Shown: piece by piece, positions 13,801-26,957 of the stretch
Layout: the number at the start of each line of letters is the position of its first letter
Position numbering within the stretch: the stretch's first letter is position 1
Origin: Yuukianura sp. NJ FZ-2021
Taxonomy: Eukaryota
Assembly (NCBI GenBank): GCA_046563655.1
Contig: CM102287.1
Coordinates: 8,990,001-9,054,000 of the forward strand
Direction of reading: 5' to 3'
Length of the DNA: 64,000 bases
Program-made: the position numbers and the translations under genes
The notes under the pieces: generated by a model
The model's input: the letters and a program-made list of their open reading frames with translations, nothing else
Databases searched by the model: none
What the model was told of the DNA's origin: nothing

Positions 13801-16800
13801 GTAGTCACTGCGGAGCTAATTATCTGATTGATCTTGCAGGCGGCACTTTCCAAAAGGAACGAAAAAAGAAAAATCCAATTCAGTTTTTTATCTATTTGTT
13901 TTTGAAAAGTATTCAAAGTGCCGTGGGTTTTTCTAAAAACAGACGACGGGATTGGAGAAAAATTTCTCTGACTAACAGTTACAAATAGTACCAAATTTTG
14001 AAAAATTGACGGGGCTAAAAATTTTCAAACACCAGTGGAAAAAATTGTGTCCGCAAGTTGCTTAAAAATCGCACAGAACATTTGGAAACTTTAGTTGTGC
14101 AAATGAACGTATGAAAATGTCTCTGAATTTTTTCGTTTTTTCGGAATCATTTTTTTTGAAATTTAGTCTCTTCTCCCTCTCATATTTTTTATCTCACTAA
14201 CAAGGAACCCTTCAAGGACTTGTCCAATTTAATGCGCCTTTCAACAAAGAGGAGCCAGTTTGAAAAAAAAAGACAAAAAAAAAATTTCTTTTTTGTCGAA
14301 ATTTTTTGACAAATTAATTTGTGAGAACCTCATTAGGCAAAAAACGTGTTTTATTGAAGTAGGAGCTGTCGCAGGTGCAAATGCATAGCAAGTCGATGCT
14401 GTTTTTCATAAGTGTTCAAAATAACACCAACAGCAATTACTTTCACGTCAAACCCTCTTCTAGGCTCCAACTTTTTCTAAATTGCTTGTTTTAAAAAATT
14501 CCTCCAAATTGGAAGTAGTCGGGAGCTGATAGTTGTAAATTGCTTGTTCTAAATAATTCTGCTGTCATTCGTTTATTAGATCAGGGAAGTGTAGGCGTAC
14601 CAGGAATGGGAAAGATTGACGGTTTGAATTTGTCTCAGGAGTAATGGAGCTAATAAAGACACGCCAGCCTGGATTCGAACTCACGACTGAACAGTGAGTG
14701 CGCAACTGCACCGCATTCCTGTCTCTGTCACCTCCGATTTCTTGCAAGTCCATTACGAATTCAGGGCTACGAGCCAAGTGTCGTAAATGCGTGGTCTACA
14801 GAGAGCATAGGTAGAGGCGTACTCAAGCCGAATTTGAAAATCTTTGGAGATTTCGGCAAGAAATCTGAGATTTTAGAGCTACACGAGAACTTCAAAGGAA
14901 AGACTTTGAATTCCCGAAACTCCGAATTCGGTGTTTTAAGCTCGTGCATGGTTTTCCGTGTGAGAGAAGGTGTCAATGGTAAATGAAAGTTCATTTTCAG
15001 AGAAAACCCGGGTAAAAGCCGAAATCCGGGTAGAACAAACCTATTCATGGGAAAACCACTACTATCAAATCCAATTTGTTTACTTTTGCCCAACACTGTG
15101 GGACACGAGACTCTACACGACACTAATCCTTGGTGTCAATGGAGAAAGTAAATGTTTCCATTTTGGTTTTCTTAAACTGAGCATGCGCAGATTCCCAACG
15201 CCGTAATTTGACACGAAATTGGAATTTCAAATTCTCTTTCCTTAGTTTTTTTTCCCTCGTAAAATGAGTCCCTGGTGACAGTCTAAACAACCAAATCTGG
15301 TGAAAGTTACACATTGTATTTTTAGTTATAAAATGACAACTGTTTTGTGTTGTGCGGTTGGGTACAAAACTTTCCAAAAGACTAAAACGTAAACAAAGTG
15401 AAAGTTCAACAAAAAGTTATTCTGAAATTGCAAGTATAGTAAAGTGAAAAGTTATTTTAGGGTTTTCGATTTTGGGTGCATTTGTTATACTAAAATTTTG
15501 AATTTCAAATTTTGGCTCTTCTCCCAATTTGAGCATTTACTCTCTGAATCCTGAATCCTTTCGGATTTTCTATAGTGAAGTAATGAAATGGAAGGAACTG
15601 GATAGTTACTTCCTGCAACCTGATTGGCTAGCTGCCGAAAGTTCTAAGCAGCACAAAAGTTTCCAATTTGTCCAGTGGACGTAGCTGCTTTTTCTCCTTG
15701 AAAAATAGACTTTCACCAACTACCGACTTAGTTTCAGTTCAGTGTACAGAATACTGGAGTGCAAGTGCATAGTAGAGATTTCCAATTTGACCTCTCGAGG
15801 GAAAATGATTCTAGAAAAAAGTTTTTTCTTCAGAAATTTCTGCTTGAGAACTTTATGTTGAAAGATTGAGTGATGACAGAGAAAGTGTTCCCTTGAGACT
15901 TATTTCTTGTGCTGGACACGAAAATATTTGGGCTCGCGGGCATCAACTCTCAGCACCAGCAAAATTCACTTCCTCCAAATTTCACCAAAATCCGACATTT
16001 CTTTAAAGAAAAATAAGATGATTTTTTATCACGCTTGTCGGGGAACTATAAATTCAGTGCCAATTTAAACAAAACGGAAATCAATTTTTACCTAATTTTT
16101 AAAATTCTACTTTTTCTGGCTCGAATTTCTGGCGAGTAGCCTTCTCTTCCCAAATTTTTTTGAAAAGTGCAGTTTGACTTTCTCCGCGTTTTGCTTAAGC
16201 TTTTTTTTTCTAATTTTTTTTTTCAAAACAGGCAGTTTGGTAGGAAGTTAAGTATTAGTGAAAGTGATGGTTTTGTCTTAACGTGAATTGGGAAAAAGGC
16301 CCATTAGGCCCATGGATTACTTCCTTGGCACCACCCCCACTTTCACTTTACTCCTAAATTGCATTCTTCTTTGGTTGAACTGAAAGTCTACTTGTGCTTT
16401 TTCTTCTTCACTGTCGTTCTGATGCCCACTTGAGAGAGGGAGATAGTGATGGGCAATGGCGGGAGTTAGTGGTCGGAAGGAAGAACAAGATAAGAACGAA
16501 TTTATGGGCAGTTAGAGTGGGTGAAAGCATGATACGAGCCACTTTCACTTTTTCCAAAAAAAAAGACGGAAAAAAGAGGAGTTTTTGTTGAGTTTTTCTT
16601 AATTTTAGTAATTGCTACTACTATTTTATAAAATTTTGTTCAGAAATTCTTACCATTTATATTTAATTTGTGTCATAAAATGATAAAACTCAAACTCTCT
16701 GAGAAGAAAACAGCTTTGGTTTATGAAATTCACGAAAATTGGATCAAGTTCTGCTTTACATTTGATCGTCACCAAAACCTAGCCTTAACTAACGATAAGT

Positions 16801-19800
16801 TTTAAATTTGACTAGGTTAGCCTAACTTTTTTTGATCAGGTTAACTTTTGATTTTTAGAAAAGGAATTGGAACTCTGGCTTATCCATTTTTTGCGAAAGT
16901 GAAAGCCTGCTTTCACTTTTCATCGTAACTTCTTCTTTTATGGGACATTTTGGAATGGAAAAAGTGTGTAGAAAGACGCACTTTTTTGAGTTTGGTTGAT
17001 GGCTACTTTTGGCCAGGAAGCGAGAAAGTATAAAAAACAATTTTTTAAAAGAAAGTTTGCAAGCGAAGAAAACTTTTGTGCAGAGTTCCATCTTCGGTAG
17101 AAGCGGAGGCGACAAACTTTTGTTGCAGCAGCTTCTTAGCGACGCCAACGCTTTTTAACTTTCGTCCGAAATTCTTTTCTTCCTGTGCTTTCACTTTCCG
17201 CTTCCTCAATTTTCGAAAGAAAAAAAGTCTCTGTATTTTGAAAACTATTTTGTACAAGTATTTTGAACAAGAAAATTATTTCTTCAAATTTTTGTCAGCT
17301 CAATTTACATTGAAAAAGAAAAAGCTAATGAAAAAACTGTTACTTTTTTGAAATTCCAGGATTTAGTTTTTCTTCATTTTTGGTGTAAATTTCGTTTTAA
17401 AAGCTAGTATTTGGCAAGCGCTATTCAAAAAGCTACCGCGTCTGTTTCCTTTTGTCGTTTTTTTTATTTCCTAAAGCCTCTTTCACACCGGATACGACGT
17501 AACAACTGCCGACGGCAGTTGTGACGGCGTATCCATTCACACCAAACCAACTCACCGCCGGTGAGTTGGACGACGGAAGAGAAAGTTGTCGGCGGAAGAC
17601 GGGTGAGGTGTTCACATTGCCTCACGGCTGCCGCCGTCACATTTTACGCCGTCAACTCTTCCTACAGGAGGAGATGGGACCCCCAAAAGTTGAAAAGTTT
17701 CAACTTTTGGACCAACTCCGGACGGAAAGTTCCCATCTCATCCCAGCTGATCATCCTTCCCTCCTTCTTTTTACGTAATCAGCAGTACCGAAGTAGGAAA
17801 AACAAAAGTATAACATTGTTTAAGTGTTAATTAATAGCTAATTATGCTAATTAGCTATTAATTTGTGTTAATACATCACCCTATAGGGAAATACGTTGGC
17901 TACTCCTCCCAAATCATGGTAATAGAGCAATTACACATCAATAATTGTAATCATTTGGTTGTTTTCAATTCATTTACTTCATTTGTCTTCCCATATGAAA
18001 CTGAAAGGCGCCTTTCAAGAATTGTGACCAGATGAAGCTGTATCACACCGAGACCGGCGTAAAACTTTCCGTAGAAAAAATTTACGGCGTAAAATAAGCC
18101 GGTGGTGCAGTGTGAAACCCTTCAACAACTGTCTACGGCAGTTTGTTACGCCGTCACAACTGCCGTCGGCAGTTGTTGCGGCGTATCCTGTGTGAAAGAG
18201 GCTTAAGAGAGTTGTTGAATAATGGTCTGGTGATTGTTTTTGTAAATTCCTGAATCACGAAAACGTATTTCTCAAGTGGAAGTTCATTGTTTTGTTTAGT
18301 CGTGATGACTTTGTTATGAAGAGGTCCTTTGTGTATTGACTTTCGAATGCATCGGAGATTCTTTTCTCGAGAGTTGACAGTTGACATTTATTGAGTTCCT
18401 TGTTAGCATTCTTCCGTAACGGAGTCTGGATACTTGTGTCCCTATTTTTAGACTTGGAGACAATCTTCCATCTTCGGAACAAAAAACAAAACAGGATGAA
18501 CCAGATGGAAACAACTGTGAAAAAAGTGGGGCTCTTAACAAAATTAGTTCTCAAGTAAAAATTGAGTAACTACGTTTTTGTTGACAGAGTTTGAAATTGA
18601 TGAACTTCAACAAATTGTAGAAAGCAAATTAGGTTTAGCGTTAGGTTTTGGTTATGTAAGGTTCAATTTTCTTCGATTCCTAACGACCTAGACCTAATCA
18701 AAACTTCATCTTCGTGCACGTTGATCTTCGAATTTCATCTCTTGGCCCGTCGTGAACAAAAGTAAAAAATTTCCTGTTTTTTTTTTTCTGATGTAAGGTT
18801 AGTTGAAAAAAATACCTTTTGATACCATTTTTCAAAAAAATGAATCCAATGGTCAAAAGTGGACAAGTTCACTGGAGTTTGTTTGAATTTTGAAATTTTG
18901 ACTTTTTTTTTGAAAATTTAAGCTACTCTGTTTTCTAGTCAATTTTGGAAGTTCAGCTCCTTCCTAACTAATTGACTCTTGTCAACCTTTCAAATTTGAA
19001 TCAACTTTAATAAAGCTAAGGGCTTTGATGGTTTTTTTCTGGGATGAAAAATTATAGAGAAGGATTTTGTAGGCTTACAAGTTAAGGCTTCCTCTTGACA
19101 TCGACTGAAAGTAGGGCTGACGGGAAAGGATTGTGATTGGCTAAGGAGTAAAAGTCTAGCTTCTGATTGGTTGAGGAAATAGACAGGATGGTACTTCCAG
19201 GATCCAGAAGCTTGTGTTCCAAAAACTGCCAAATTGGCTGGATTGTTTGACCTGATAAAGTCAGAAGGTATAGAAGGGAGATTTCCAACTTTCACCAAAA
19301 GGTTGATCAAAGTGAAATTTCTCCCAAGAGATTTTGGGAAAGTCTTAAAGGCACAAGAAATTTCTACGGCGCATGCCATTTAAAGAGGTTTAAATATTCA
19401 AAGTTTAAAATGAAAACTAGCATTAGATTTTCTGTTTTGTTTCATTGGCAAAATTGTGGTTAGCATTTTAGATAAATTTTTAGAAAATTATGAATATGAA
19501 ACATTTCAAAAAGTTTAAAAAAGTGTTTTTCTAACAATTTTTTTTATGTATTCAGATTGTCTTCAACTTCAAGTTTACCGAGACGAGAAAGGGAAAGCCA
19601 AAAATGGACCGACGAAGGCCACACTTTCACTTCAAAATTTTCTGGCTCTGGAATCAGGTACTGGACCACTGCCTTCCAGCATAATTTTCCAGCATCAAAA
19701 TCCAGTATTTCAAAATTTTGAAAAAATGAAATTTTCAAAACTTTGTTTTTGCATTTCAGGGTTTACTCTGGACAAGGAGTCACAGACATTAGCCATCATT

Positions 19801-22800
19801 TGTCAAGACCTATCTGTCGTCCTTGCTTTTGACAACCGAGAGCGTTTGCTTCAATGGTCCGTTCGAATTGCCAATAATTTAGGGGAAGGTCAACAGTTTT
19901 TGGCTCAACTTTCAACGGTTCCGCCCAAATCCAAACTAAATGCTGGTCCCGTTCGACTACATGTGACCGAGGGAAAGTTTTGTCTCACTGCTGGACTCCC
20001 GCCAAAACTCCTAGCTCACTGGGAAATTGCCCATTTGCGGCGTTATGGCATGGTTGATGGGAGACTTGTGTTTGAGGGCGGGTCAAGGTCAGGGAAATGG
20101 GAGGGTCTGCATGTCCTCCTTCCAGAGCCACTCCAAACAGGAAATATTCAAGAAGCGCTGGAAATGGCCGCCAGAGGGCCCATTACACGGGGACCTTCGA
20201 AACGCTTTGGATATGGTAAGTCTTATGCTAAAAAGACTGAAAACTTTGAAATTTTTTGTCTAATTTTGCAAAATTCCTTAACCCCCCTCCCCAGTGATGA
20301 CGTAGTTTGTGAAAACCGTTGGTTTCATAATTACCACATTTTCTTTAGTGACAGATTCTCCAAGGAAATCGCTGCTGAACAAATTCGGGGAACTGCGAGC
20401 ACAAGCAAACGCACTGGGGCCGTTGAGTCCAAACGACTGTCATCACGGCCACAACGGCGGTGGACACGGCGCGGTGGGACAACAAGACAGTTTCGGTGGA
20501 GACTGTTACCGTGGAAGTGCCTCCATGGATCCATTTTCTAGTCGTGCAGAATGTGACGACACATTGTCACTTCATCACTGTCACTCTCCCATTGCCCATC
20601 AGCAGCAACCGCCCTTACAGCCGCAAGCGTCTGCACTGGAACGCTGTTTATCTTGTACAAGCAAGTTGGGTCAAGGCGGAATCACGGCGGGAGATTTGCT
20701 CAAACCGTCGTGGACGATGGATTTGAGTTTTAATGGGAACGGAATCGATTCACACTGCAACCCAAATTCAGATCGAGTTTCATTGAGCTCCCACGGAAGC
20801 AGTGGGTGTGAACCGCTCTACTACGATACTCCAATGACAGTGAGATCTTCTATAAGAAGAACTGGGACACCAACGGCCCACTTTCCAGGTCACGGTCACA
20901 TGGACTCTCCGAATCGACTGAAAAGCTGTCGGTCGCCCATAGGATGTCAACACGCATGCGCAGGAGCTGCTCCGTTGTACTATAACGTCGATCCGTCTAG
21001 CGGGACTTGCAAAAATCATCATCAGTTTTCTGGACCTTATGAAAATTATGACGTTCCGCGTCCAGGAACACACCCGTCTTATGGATGTTGTCAAAATGGA
21101 AATTGCGGAAACGGACAACAATTTCAAAATATCGATTGGTCGAAAGTAAGATTTTCAAAAATTTGTGAATTACACCGTATTTCCTCACATATAGAACGCG
21201 TCTTATCTGAGAAATTTTGAGAAAAGGAGAAAGAATTTTTTTTTCGTCAAAAACTGGAGATTTTTGTTAAAATTTTTAGGAATTGTCAAAAATGTTCTAA
21301 ACTCTATACTTGAAATCTTGAAATGGTTTTAATCTAAAGTATTTTTGATAATTTCGGGGTGCGTCTTATACAGGTGAGCGTCTTATATACGAGGAAATAC
21401 GGTAGAAAAATTTGTAACAAACTTTTTTTTGAGTTTTCTAACAAAAGTTTTTTGAAAATTTGTTAGAAACAGGCCATGGATCGACACTCGGTAGCTTCTA
21501 CAGCTGTATACTCAGACTGGTACGATACTCCGGCCAAGCATCCTGCATGTCCAAACTGCTCATGCGGCCACGGTCCACCGCCGCAGTTTACTTCTGCCCA
21601 CGTACACCGCAGCGATCCAATGGAGAACTACGACGTTCCTGGAAATGGACAACGAATTGACAGAGGGCCCGTCGGGCCTTCAGTGAACGGTGAAGGCAAA
21701 ATGCCGCTCGTAGCTGGCAGCGCTCCATTGAAGCTCCCTACGCCTGTACAGACACAAGCCATTTATGCTCAAGTGGACAAGTCCAAAAAGACACCACGCC
21801 CACCTCCAGTCGAACCAAAAAGAACTACGCAGCCGCTTTACGTCAACACAGAAGACACTCCGACGATTCCTGACGGCAAAACTGGCCATACGAATTACGT
21901 CAACATGGAATTTGTTGCTTCTCTTGACTTATACGAAAATGCAAAAGGGCCTTGCATTGCCCCACCAAAAGCATCCTCTGTACAAACAGTCCCTCCAAAA
22001 GTACCCACCACCCAAGCTGCCCCACCTCAAGTACCCACGACTCAAGCAGCCCCACCTCAAGTACCCACCACTCAAACTGCTCCACCTCAATTACCCAAAC
22101 AAACTGCCCCACCTCAAGTACCCACCACACAAACGGCCCCACCAAATGTGTCCCACCCTGACCCACCTCCAGAAAAGAAAGATGTTCCGCTCAAGCGTTC
22201 TTCCAGTGTTCCTTGTAAAGGTGGACATGCAAACAGAGCTTCTGCGAGTTCCAGCGATTCGGGAGTTTCCGGAGACGGCGGACTTTTTTTTGAAGACGGA
22301 AATTCCGTTACTGAAATTGGAAAGTGAGAATTCAAATTTTCAAAATTTTCAAAATTTTGAGAAAAAAATGAAATTGAGATTGTTTTTGTAACTTTTTGTT
22401 CAATTTCAGTCTATGTCTCCACGAATCGCTTCCAAGAAAATCTTCCAAGTCGTCACCCGTGTCAACTCCAAAGGAATCGGCGAATGACGAAGACGAAAAA
22501 GATCGCGACATTGAAGAAGTCTACACAGAAATTCCAGAACCTCCAGAAATCCAGCCAATTTCAACCAATACGACTCTATGCAACTCTCCTCGTCACTATG
22601 AGACAATTGCTGAAGTTGAGCCTGTTGTGACCGCTGGCGTGACCTGTGCAGGTCACCATGCTCCCAAGTTACATCGACTCCAATCTGGTCAAAGCAGTCA
22701 AAGCACAAGTTCTGGTACATCGGACATGTCAGACTACATTGAAACGCTCTCTTCTTCTTCCAGAACTTCTGATAGTCATGGACACTCATCTAGCATATCT

Positions 22801-22890
22801 GCGGTCAAAGAGGTCAAGTCAGTCCTCAAACCACGGTCAGGCAAAGAATACTCTAAGATTGATCGATCCCTCTTTACTCAAAATGACTGA
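4828..22890 (+). CDS. DOK7: Dok-7 family PH-PTB adaptor; exons 4828-4881, 7810-7855, 19556-19657, 19760-20215, 20349(or 20355)-21145, 21467(or 21473)-22323, 22410-22890
   Basis: Spliced N-terminus MDLHSLIEGHCKFRDGKK|WKSRWAVVTKLSPVA|DCLQLQVY matches the vertebrate DOK7 N-terminus (VEGQVKLRDGKKWKSRWLVLRKPSPVADCL). PTB motif WEIAHLRRYGMVDGRLVFEGGSRSG. All junctions are GT-AG and phase-compatible. Tail has many Tyr motifs (YDTP, YDVP, YVNT, YVNM). Confidence 0.92.
5334..6439. mobile_element. Long foldback/MITE with 484-bp near-perfect inverted arms (5334-5817, 5956-6439) in Dok-7 intron 1
   Basis: Arms are reverse complements with only about 3 visible mismatches; 138-bp spacer. Flanks TTAA-A-AGGCTG ... 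CAGCCT-TTCA look like a degenerate TTAA target site (Kolobok-like, inferred). Confidence 0.9.
9852..9912. repeat. Short tandem duplication (GATGGACGA..AAGTTAAGGACG units)
   Basis: Two full and two partial copies of the unit are visible. Confidence 0.7.
17475..18203. mobile_element. PIF/Harbinger (Tourist-like) MITE in Dok-7 intron 2
   Basis: TAA|AGCCTCTTTCACAC...GTGTGAAAGAGGCT|TAA: 3-bp TAA TSD, about 55-bp imperfect TIRs containing the palindrome CAACTGCCG-N-CGGCAGTTG. Confidence 0.85.
21175..21402. mobile_element. Tc2/pogo-like MITE in Dok-7 intron 5
   Basis: CCGTATTTCCTC ... GAGGAAATACGG|TA with doubled subterminal GCGTCTTATA motifs; left flank CA, right flank TA. Confidence 0.7.
21991..22148 (+). 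repeat. Coding 30-nt tandem repeat (PPQVPTTQ[A/T]A, about 5 copies) in the Dok-7 tail
   Basis: CCCACCTCAAGTACCCACCACTCAA(G/A)C units, one 27-nt variant, frame preserved. Confidence 0.9.
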
Positions 22891-23774
22891 ACACAATTTG
22901 TGAAAAAAAACAAACGAATTGTCCGTTTTTTGTAAATTTGTAAATACTTTGTACATTTAGCTCCACAATTTCTAAAATTTCGCTACACTTTTTTAAAATT
23001 AGAACTTTTACAACTTCGGGAAACTTTTTTCAAACTTTTAGAAGTTTAGACATGTGCACGCGTTTTGAACGATTGTAAATTTTCAAAATATGACACGTTT
23101 TAGCACTTATTAATCTGATTAAGTTCGTTTCAGTTTTAGTTTGTGGTGCTCCATTAATAAAAAATACATTGTACATGTAGATAGACAAAATGGCCTTGAA
23201 TTTGTGACATAACGACGCACAGACTCTACTGATCTACATTTTCTTGTAAAATGGCTTGTTTGTTGCGAAATTTCTAAGATTTTATTTCGTTTGTGCAAAA
23301 TTTGCACTGGCAAGGTCAAAGTCGCAAAAGAAGTTAAGTCCAATGAAAACTACATAAATGACCTTAGAAATTATACAAATGTGAGAATCCCTTGTTTTCA
23401 AATCAACATGGTGGGATTGACCTCTGGAGAGGTCAAGGGACAAAGTTCAGCTCATCTTCGGCTTGCTCCTAGTAAATATTATCTCAAAGAAATATGACTT
23501 TTTGGTTCACTTGCGGTTTCGAAAAAAAGCAAATTGTTGTCAGTTTTAGCGAAGATTGTTTCCGTCTCCAGGAAGGCTGGATTGGTTCGTACTGGCAGCG
23601 TCAACTGAAGCATCTTCAGCAACCTAACGTAAAGTTCAAAAAATCTGTCACACTTTGACCTTTTACAGATTAGGGATTAGCATTTAGCACTTTCATTCTA
23701 AAAAGAAGCCAGACTTAGCGATATTTAGTGCTAAAAGTTGAATCACCAAAAGTGTGTCACATGATGTTCACATG

Positions 23775-25010
23775 TTAGTTGACGACGTTAAGTGACAGTG
23801 CATGATTTAAAGACGTTCTTACCTTGAGACCCATTGCTAGTCCTATGGCCCAACACGCCACTTTGGAGTCAATGACGTTTCCTTCTTTAGTTAATCCTAA
23901 ATCCAAAGTATATTCATGTTCAATACATGTGATTGCATGCGATTTCCAGCATCTGCTAAGTAAGTCTTGGCAGGAAGTGACATGAGTCATGTCACATGAC
24001 GCATGATCGCTTGCCACGTTGCACCGCAAGGTCAAAAGTTGACTTAACATAGTTGGGAATATACATAAAAACTTACGCTTCAAGTTCTCGTTGACCTCGG
24101 AAAACGGAATCATCAGGATCTCGATAAATTCGCCTTCACTTGGTTCTGGGCTGAAACAAGCATTTTCCAAAGTGTCGCCATTGATCTACGTTGCAAAAAT
24201 AAAAAAAAATTAGATTCTGTGCAGATCGACTAAAAATTTTAGGAATGGACGCAGGCTTGGAAAGGTTGAGTTTGAGGAACCATTGTTGTTACCTTGATTG
24301 TTGCAAAACGCACGACGGCACAGGAGCAGCTCGGATCCACAGCCAGTTGCGGACTGATGTGTGAGACGTCACCTACCAATCCCGTTTCTCTTCGTAGAAC
24401 GCGGCGTGCAGCGCGTTCGGTATCGGTTTCACCTTTTTCAAATAAGCCGGTTGGGAATTCGATTGTGTAGGCGTTGAGTGCTGGGCGAAACTGACGAATC
24501 AAAACAATCACGTCAAGGTGAAACAGTCGGCGGTAAATTGCAATTGTTGTTACTCCGTCGGTATCACTGTCTGCGGTACGTGTCGTTCGACCAACGTATT
24601 CCCACGACCTAAGGTCAACATATCAAAAATTATTGCATTTAGCTAGCCTTAGACTGGTACACTAGTTAGACACTGAAATAGTTTATATACTTAGATTTAC
24701 ACAACTTATATACTTGGGTTTTATAACTTTATATACTTGAATTTATAACTTACATACTTAGATTTATACTTATCATGTATTTAGTTGTAATAGTGTTGTT
24801 GAGAATTTCTCGCTGCGTCTTATACGCGAGTGCGTCTTATATGCGAGAAAATACGGTATTTTTCAACAGTTACCTTTCTTTCCCGGTTGGATCCAAATAC
24901 TTGACGTCGGAAAATCGGAGCCATGAACCCTCATGCAGTACTTTTTCACCAAGGTACGTGCAGTGAATGGATTTCTTCTGATGGTAATTTGTTCCGTTTG
25001 TATGTGGCAT
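23775..25010 (-). CDS. NUDT5: NUDT5-like ADP-sugar pyrophosphatase homologue with degenerate Nudix box; exons 25010-24874, 24608-24293, 24185-24077, 23896-23775
   Basis: Splices to EGSWLRFSDVKYLDPTGKERSWEYVGRTTR...IVLIRQFRPALNAYTIEFPTGL...INGDTLEN...GEFIEI...IDSKV, colinear with NUDT5 (YMDPTGKTRTWESVKRTT; KQFRPPMGGYCIEFPAGL; GEFVEV). Confidence 0.85.
24683..24857. repeat. AT-rich minisatellite (TTATATACTTAGATTT-like) followed by a solo Tc2/pogo-like end in NUDT5 intron 1
   Basis: About 5 degenerate units at 24683-24772; GCGTCTTATA x2 + GAGAAAATACGGTA at 24814-24857 resembles the right end of the 21175-21402 element. Confidence 0.65.
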
Positions 25011-25591
25011 TGTTTGTATATTTAGAAAAAACAAATTTAATTTTTTTTTTAATGAAAATTGTAATAGTTGGGTTATTGAAAAAGAGAGCTGAAGGTTGAA
25101 GTGTGTTAATCGTATGTAAGTTAAGCATGGACTGGAGATTAGTTGGAAGTGGCCAGAGATGAAATAACCACTTCAAAAGAATATTTGCTAAGCCTTTCAT
25201 AATTCCAAGGAACGACAAGACACAAGTCAAAGGTCAAACTCAGATTCAGTCGTCTGTAGATACATTCTATCATATTATAAAACATGCGCCCTCCTGTACT
25301 CTGCAACATAATCTACATGTACACGGAGCATGTATGTGTATATCTATATGTGCTGCATACATGTTATGTATGTTAATACAACAAATACACAATTTGTTGG
25401 TTACTAAACTTTGCACCTACCAAAAACTGCACAAAACAACAACAAAAAGTTCACCAACAACGCAGAATTCAATGCAATCATGAATTCAAAAAAAAAATGA
25501 CTTCACAGTATTACCCGAAACCTAAAAAATGAAAAAAAAAATTGACAGTTTTTAACATTTTTTGAGTTATCCAGAAATTACCACATGTTTA

Positions 25592-26957
25592 TTATTTAAA
25601 TGAAACTAAGAGAAAAACGACTGTTTGTATAATTGTATCAACCAAAGTTAGTTTAGCTTTTCCCTCCATAAGGTAGAAAGAACCAATTTTATATCGTATG
25701 AGCGGAAGAGCTCTAAGTTTCATCTGGACTTCCTTGTGCCCGCGCCCTTTGACCTCAAACTTAGCCAGTCCTTGCCCCAGTTGCGTTTTGAATGACATTG
25801 ACAATTGGTAGAGACTGGACATGGCCATGGCTGCCGGAATGAGGAGCAGGAAGGTTGCGGCCATGAGGGACGTCAACATGGCATACGTTATGAAGTTCAG
25901 TTTCGTACCAAACCGTATCACTGCAAATGTGGACAGAGTGAAAATGAGCATGAGGATTAGTTTGTAGCATGGAATTAAAACAGATCCAAATGCAACGTTG
26001 AACACAGTGTTCATCATGTACAGGCATCTGTAGATTCTGAGACCAGTTTCAGCTTTGGCCAGGGTCAGCGGGCCAAGCGATGCGTCTTCAAGGCTGAAAA
26101 ATGGCAACATTGCAAAAGAAAATGAAATTATGAACAAAATTTTGAGTTTGGTTTTCAAAATTTTTGAATAAGTTTACTCACCACTTGCCCATCCAGAATT
26201 TGATGCTTACGATACTCGAAAACATTGAAATGAGAATAGTCATCATGTTGATCCAATGATTCAAAAAAATGATGCCATTGACCCCTAAAATTACAATCAT
26301 TTCGCAAATGGACATTTTTTGTCTAACGCCCAAAAAAATGTCTGTTATGGCACAGAATAGTCCGGTTGATCCAATGCAAACGCTGAGCCAACAAACAAAA
26401 ATTTTGAAGTATTTTCGAATTCCGAATCCCAGATTTTCATTTTTCAAAGTTGGGGTGCCGAGTTCCTGCGTTCCTAAAAAATTCAAAGCGAAAACGTAAC
26501 GGTTATACAAAACTTTTTTTTTGAAAAAAATTATCCTGCGAGTAAGAAAATTGTTCAATTTTTTCAAAATTTTGAAAAGTTAACCTGTTTCCTTATTGAA
26601 ATTTAGAATTTGGAAAAGCAGTGTTGCCAATTCGTGTCTCCTTGCCCAAATTGCTTGTTCTGGAACATAAACTCCAAACCGAATGACCGTGACGGTTGCA
26701 GCGAGCGCAATATTTTGAATTTGTAAATCCTGTGAGTTTTTCATTAAATTTCGAAGTGCAACAGACAAATGGAAAATTTGAAACAAAATGACAGACTTCA
26801 AAATGTGTTTGAATGGGAGTAGTACGTATTTGACGTGAAATGAAGCCGAGTCTTTTACAATCAAAATCAGTTCAAAAATTTGAAAAGTACAAATGGGAAT
26901 TTTATCAAAAACTGAAAAAACTTTGCCAATCACATCCAGTTCACTTGCTGTCAACAT
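25592..26957 (-). CDS. Gustatory/odorant-receptor superfamily-like 7TM protein, 388 aa; exons 26957-26585, 26473-26182, 26093-25592
   Basis: The three exons join in frame (1167 nt) with multiple hydrophobic helices. C-terminus IGSFYLMEGKAKLTLVDTIIQTVVFLLVSF resembles the GR/OR TM7 region. Confidence 0.75.

Noticed and set aside
7856..17470. Many 60-190-aa ORFs in Dok-7 intron 2
   Set aside because: Phe/Lys/Leu-rich translations of AT-rich DNA without motifs or coherent splice structure; I found no supportable nested gene.
19546..20541. 331-aa ORF as a complete protein
   Set aside because: It reads through a 102-nt in-frame intron and past the 20215 donor; the true start is at 4828.
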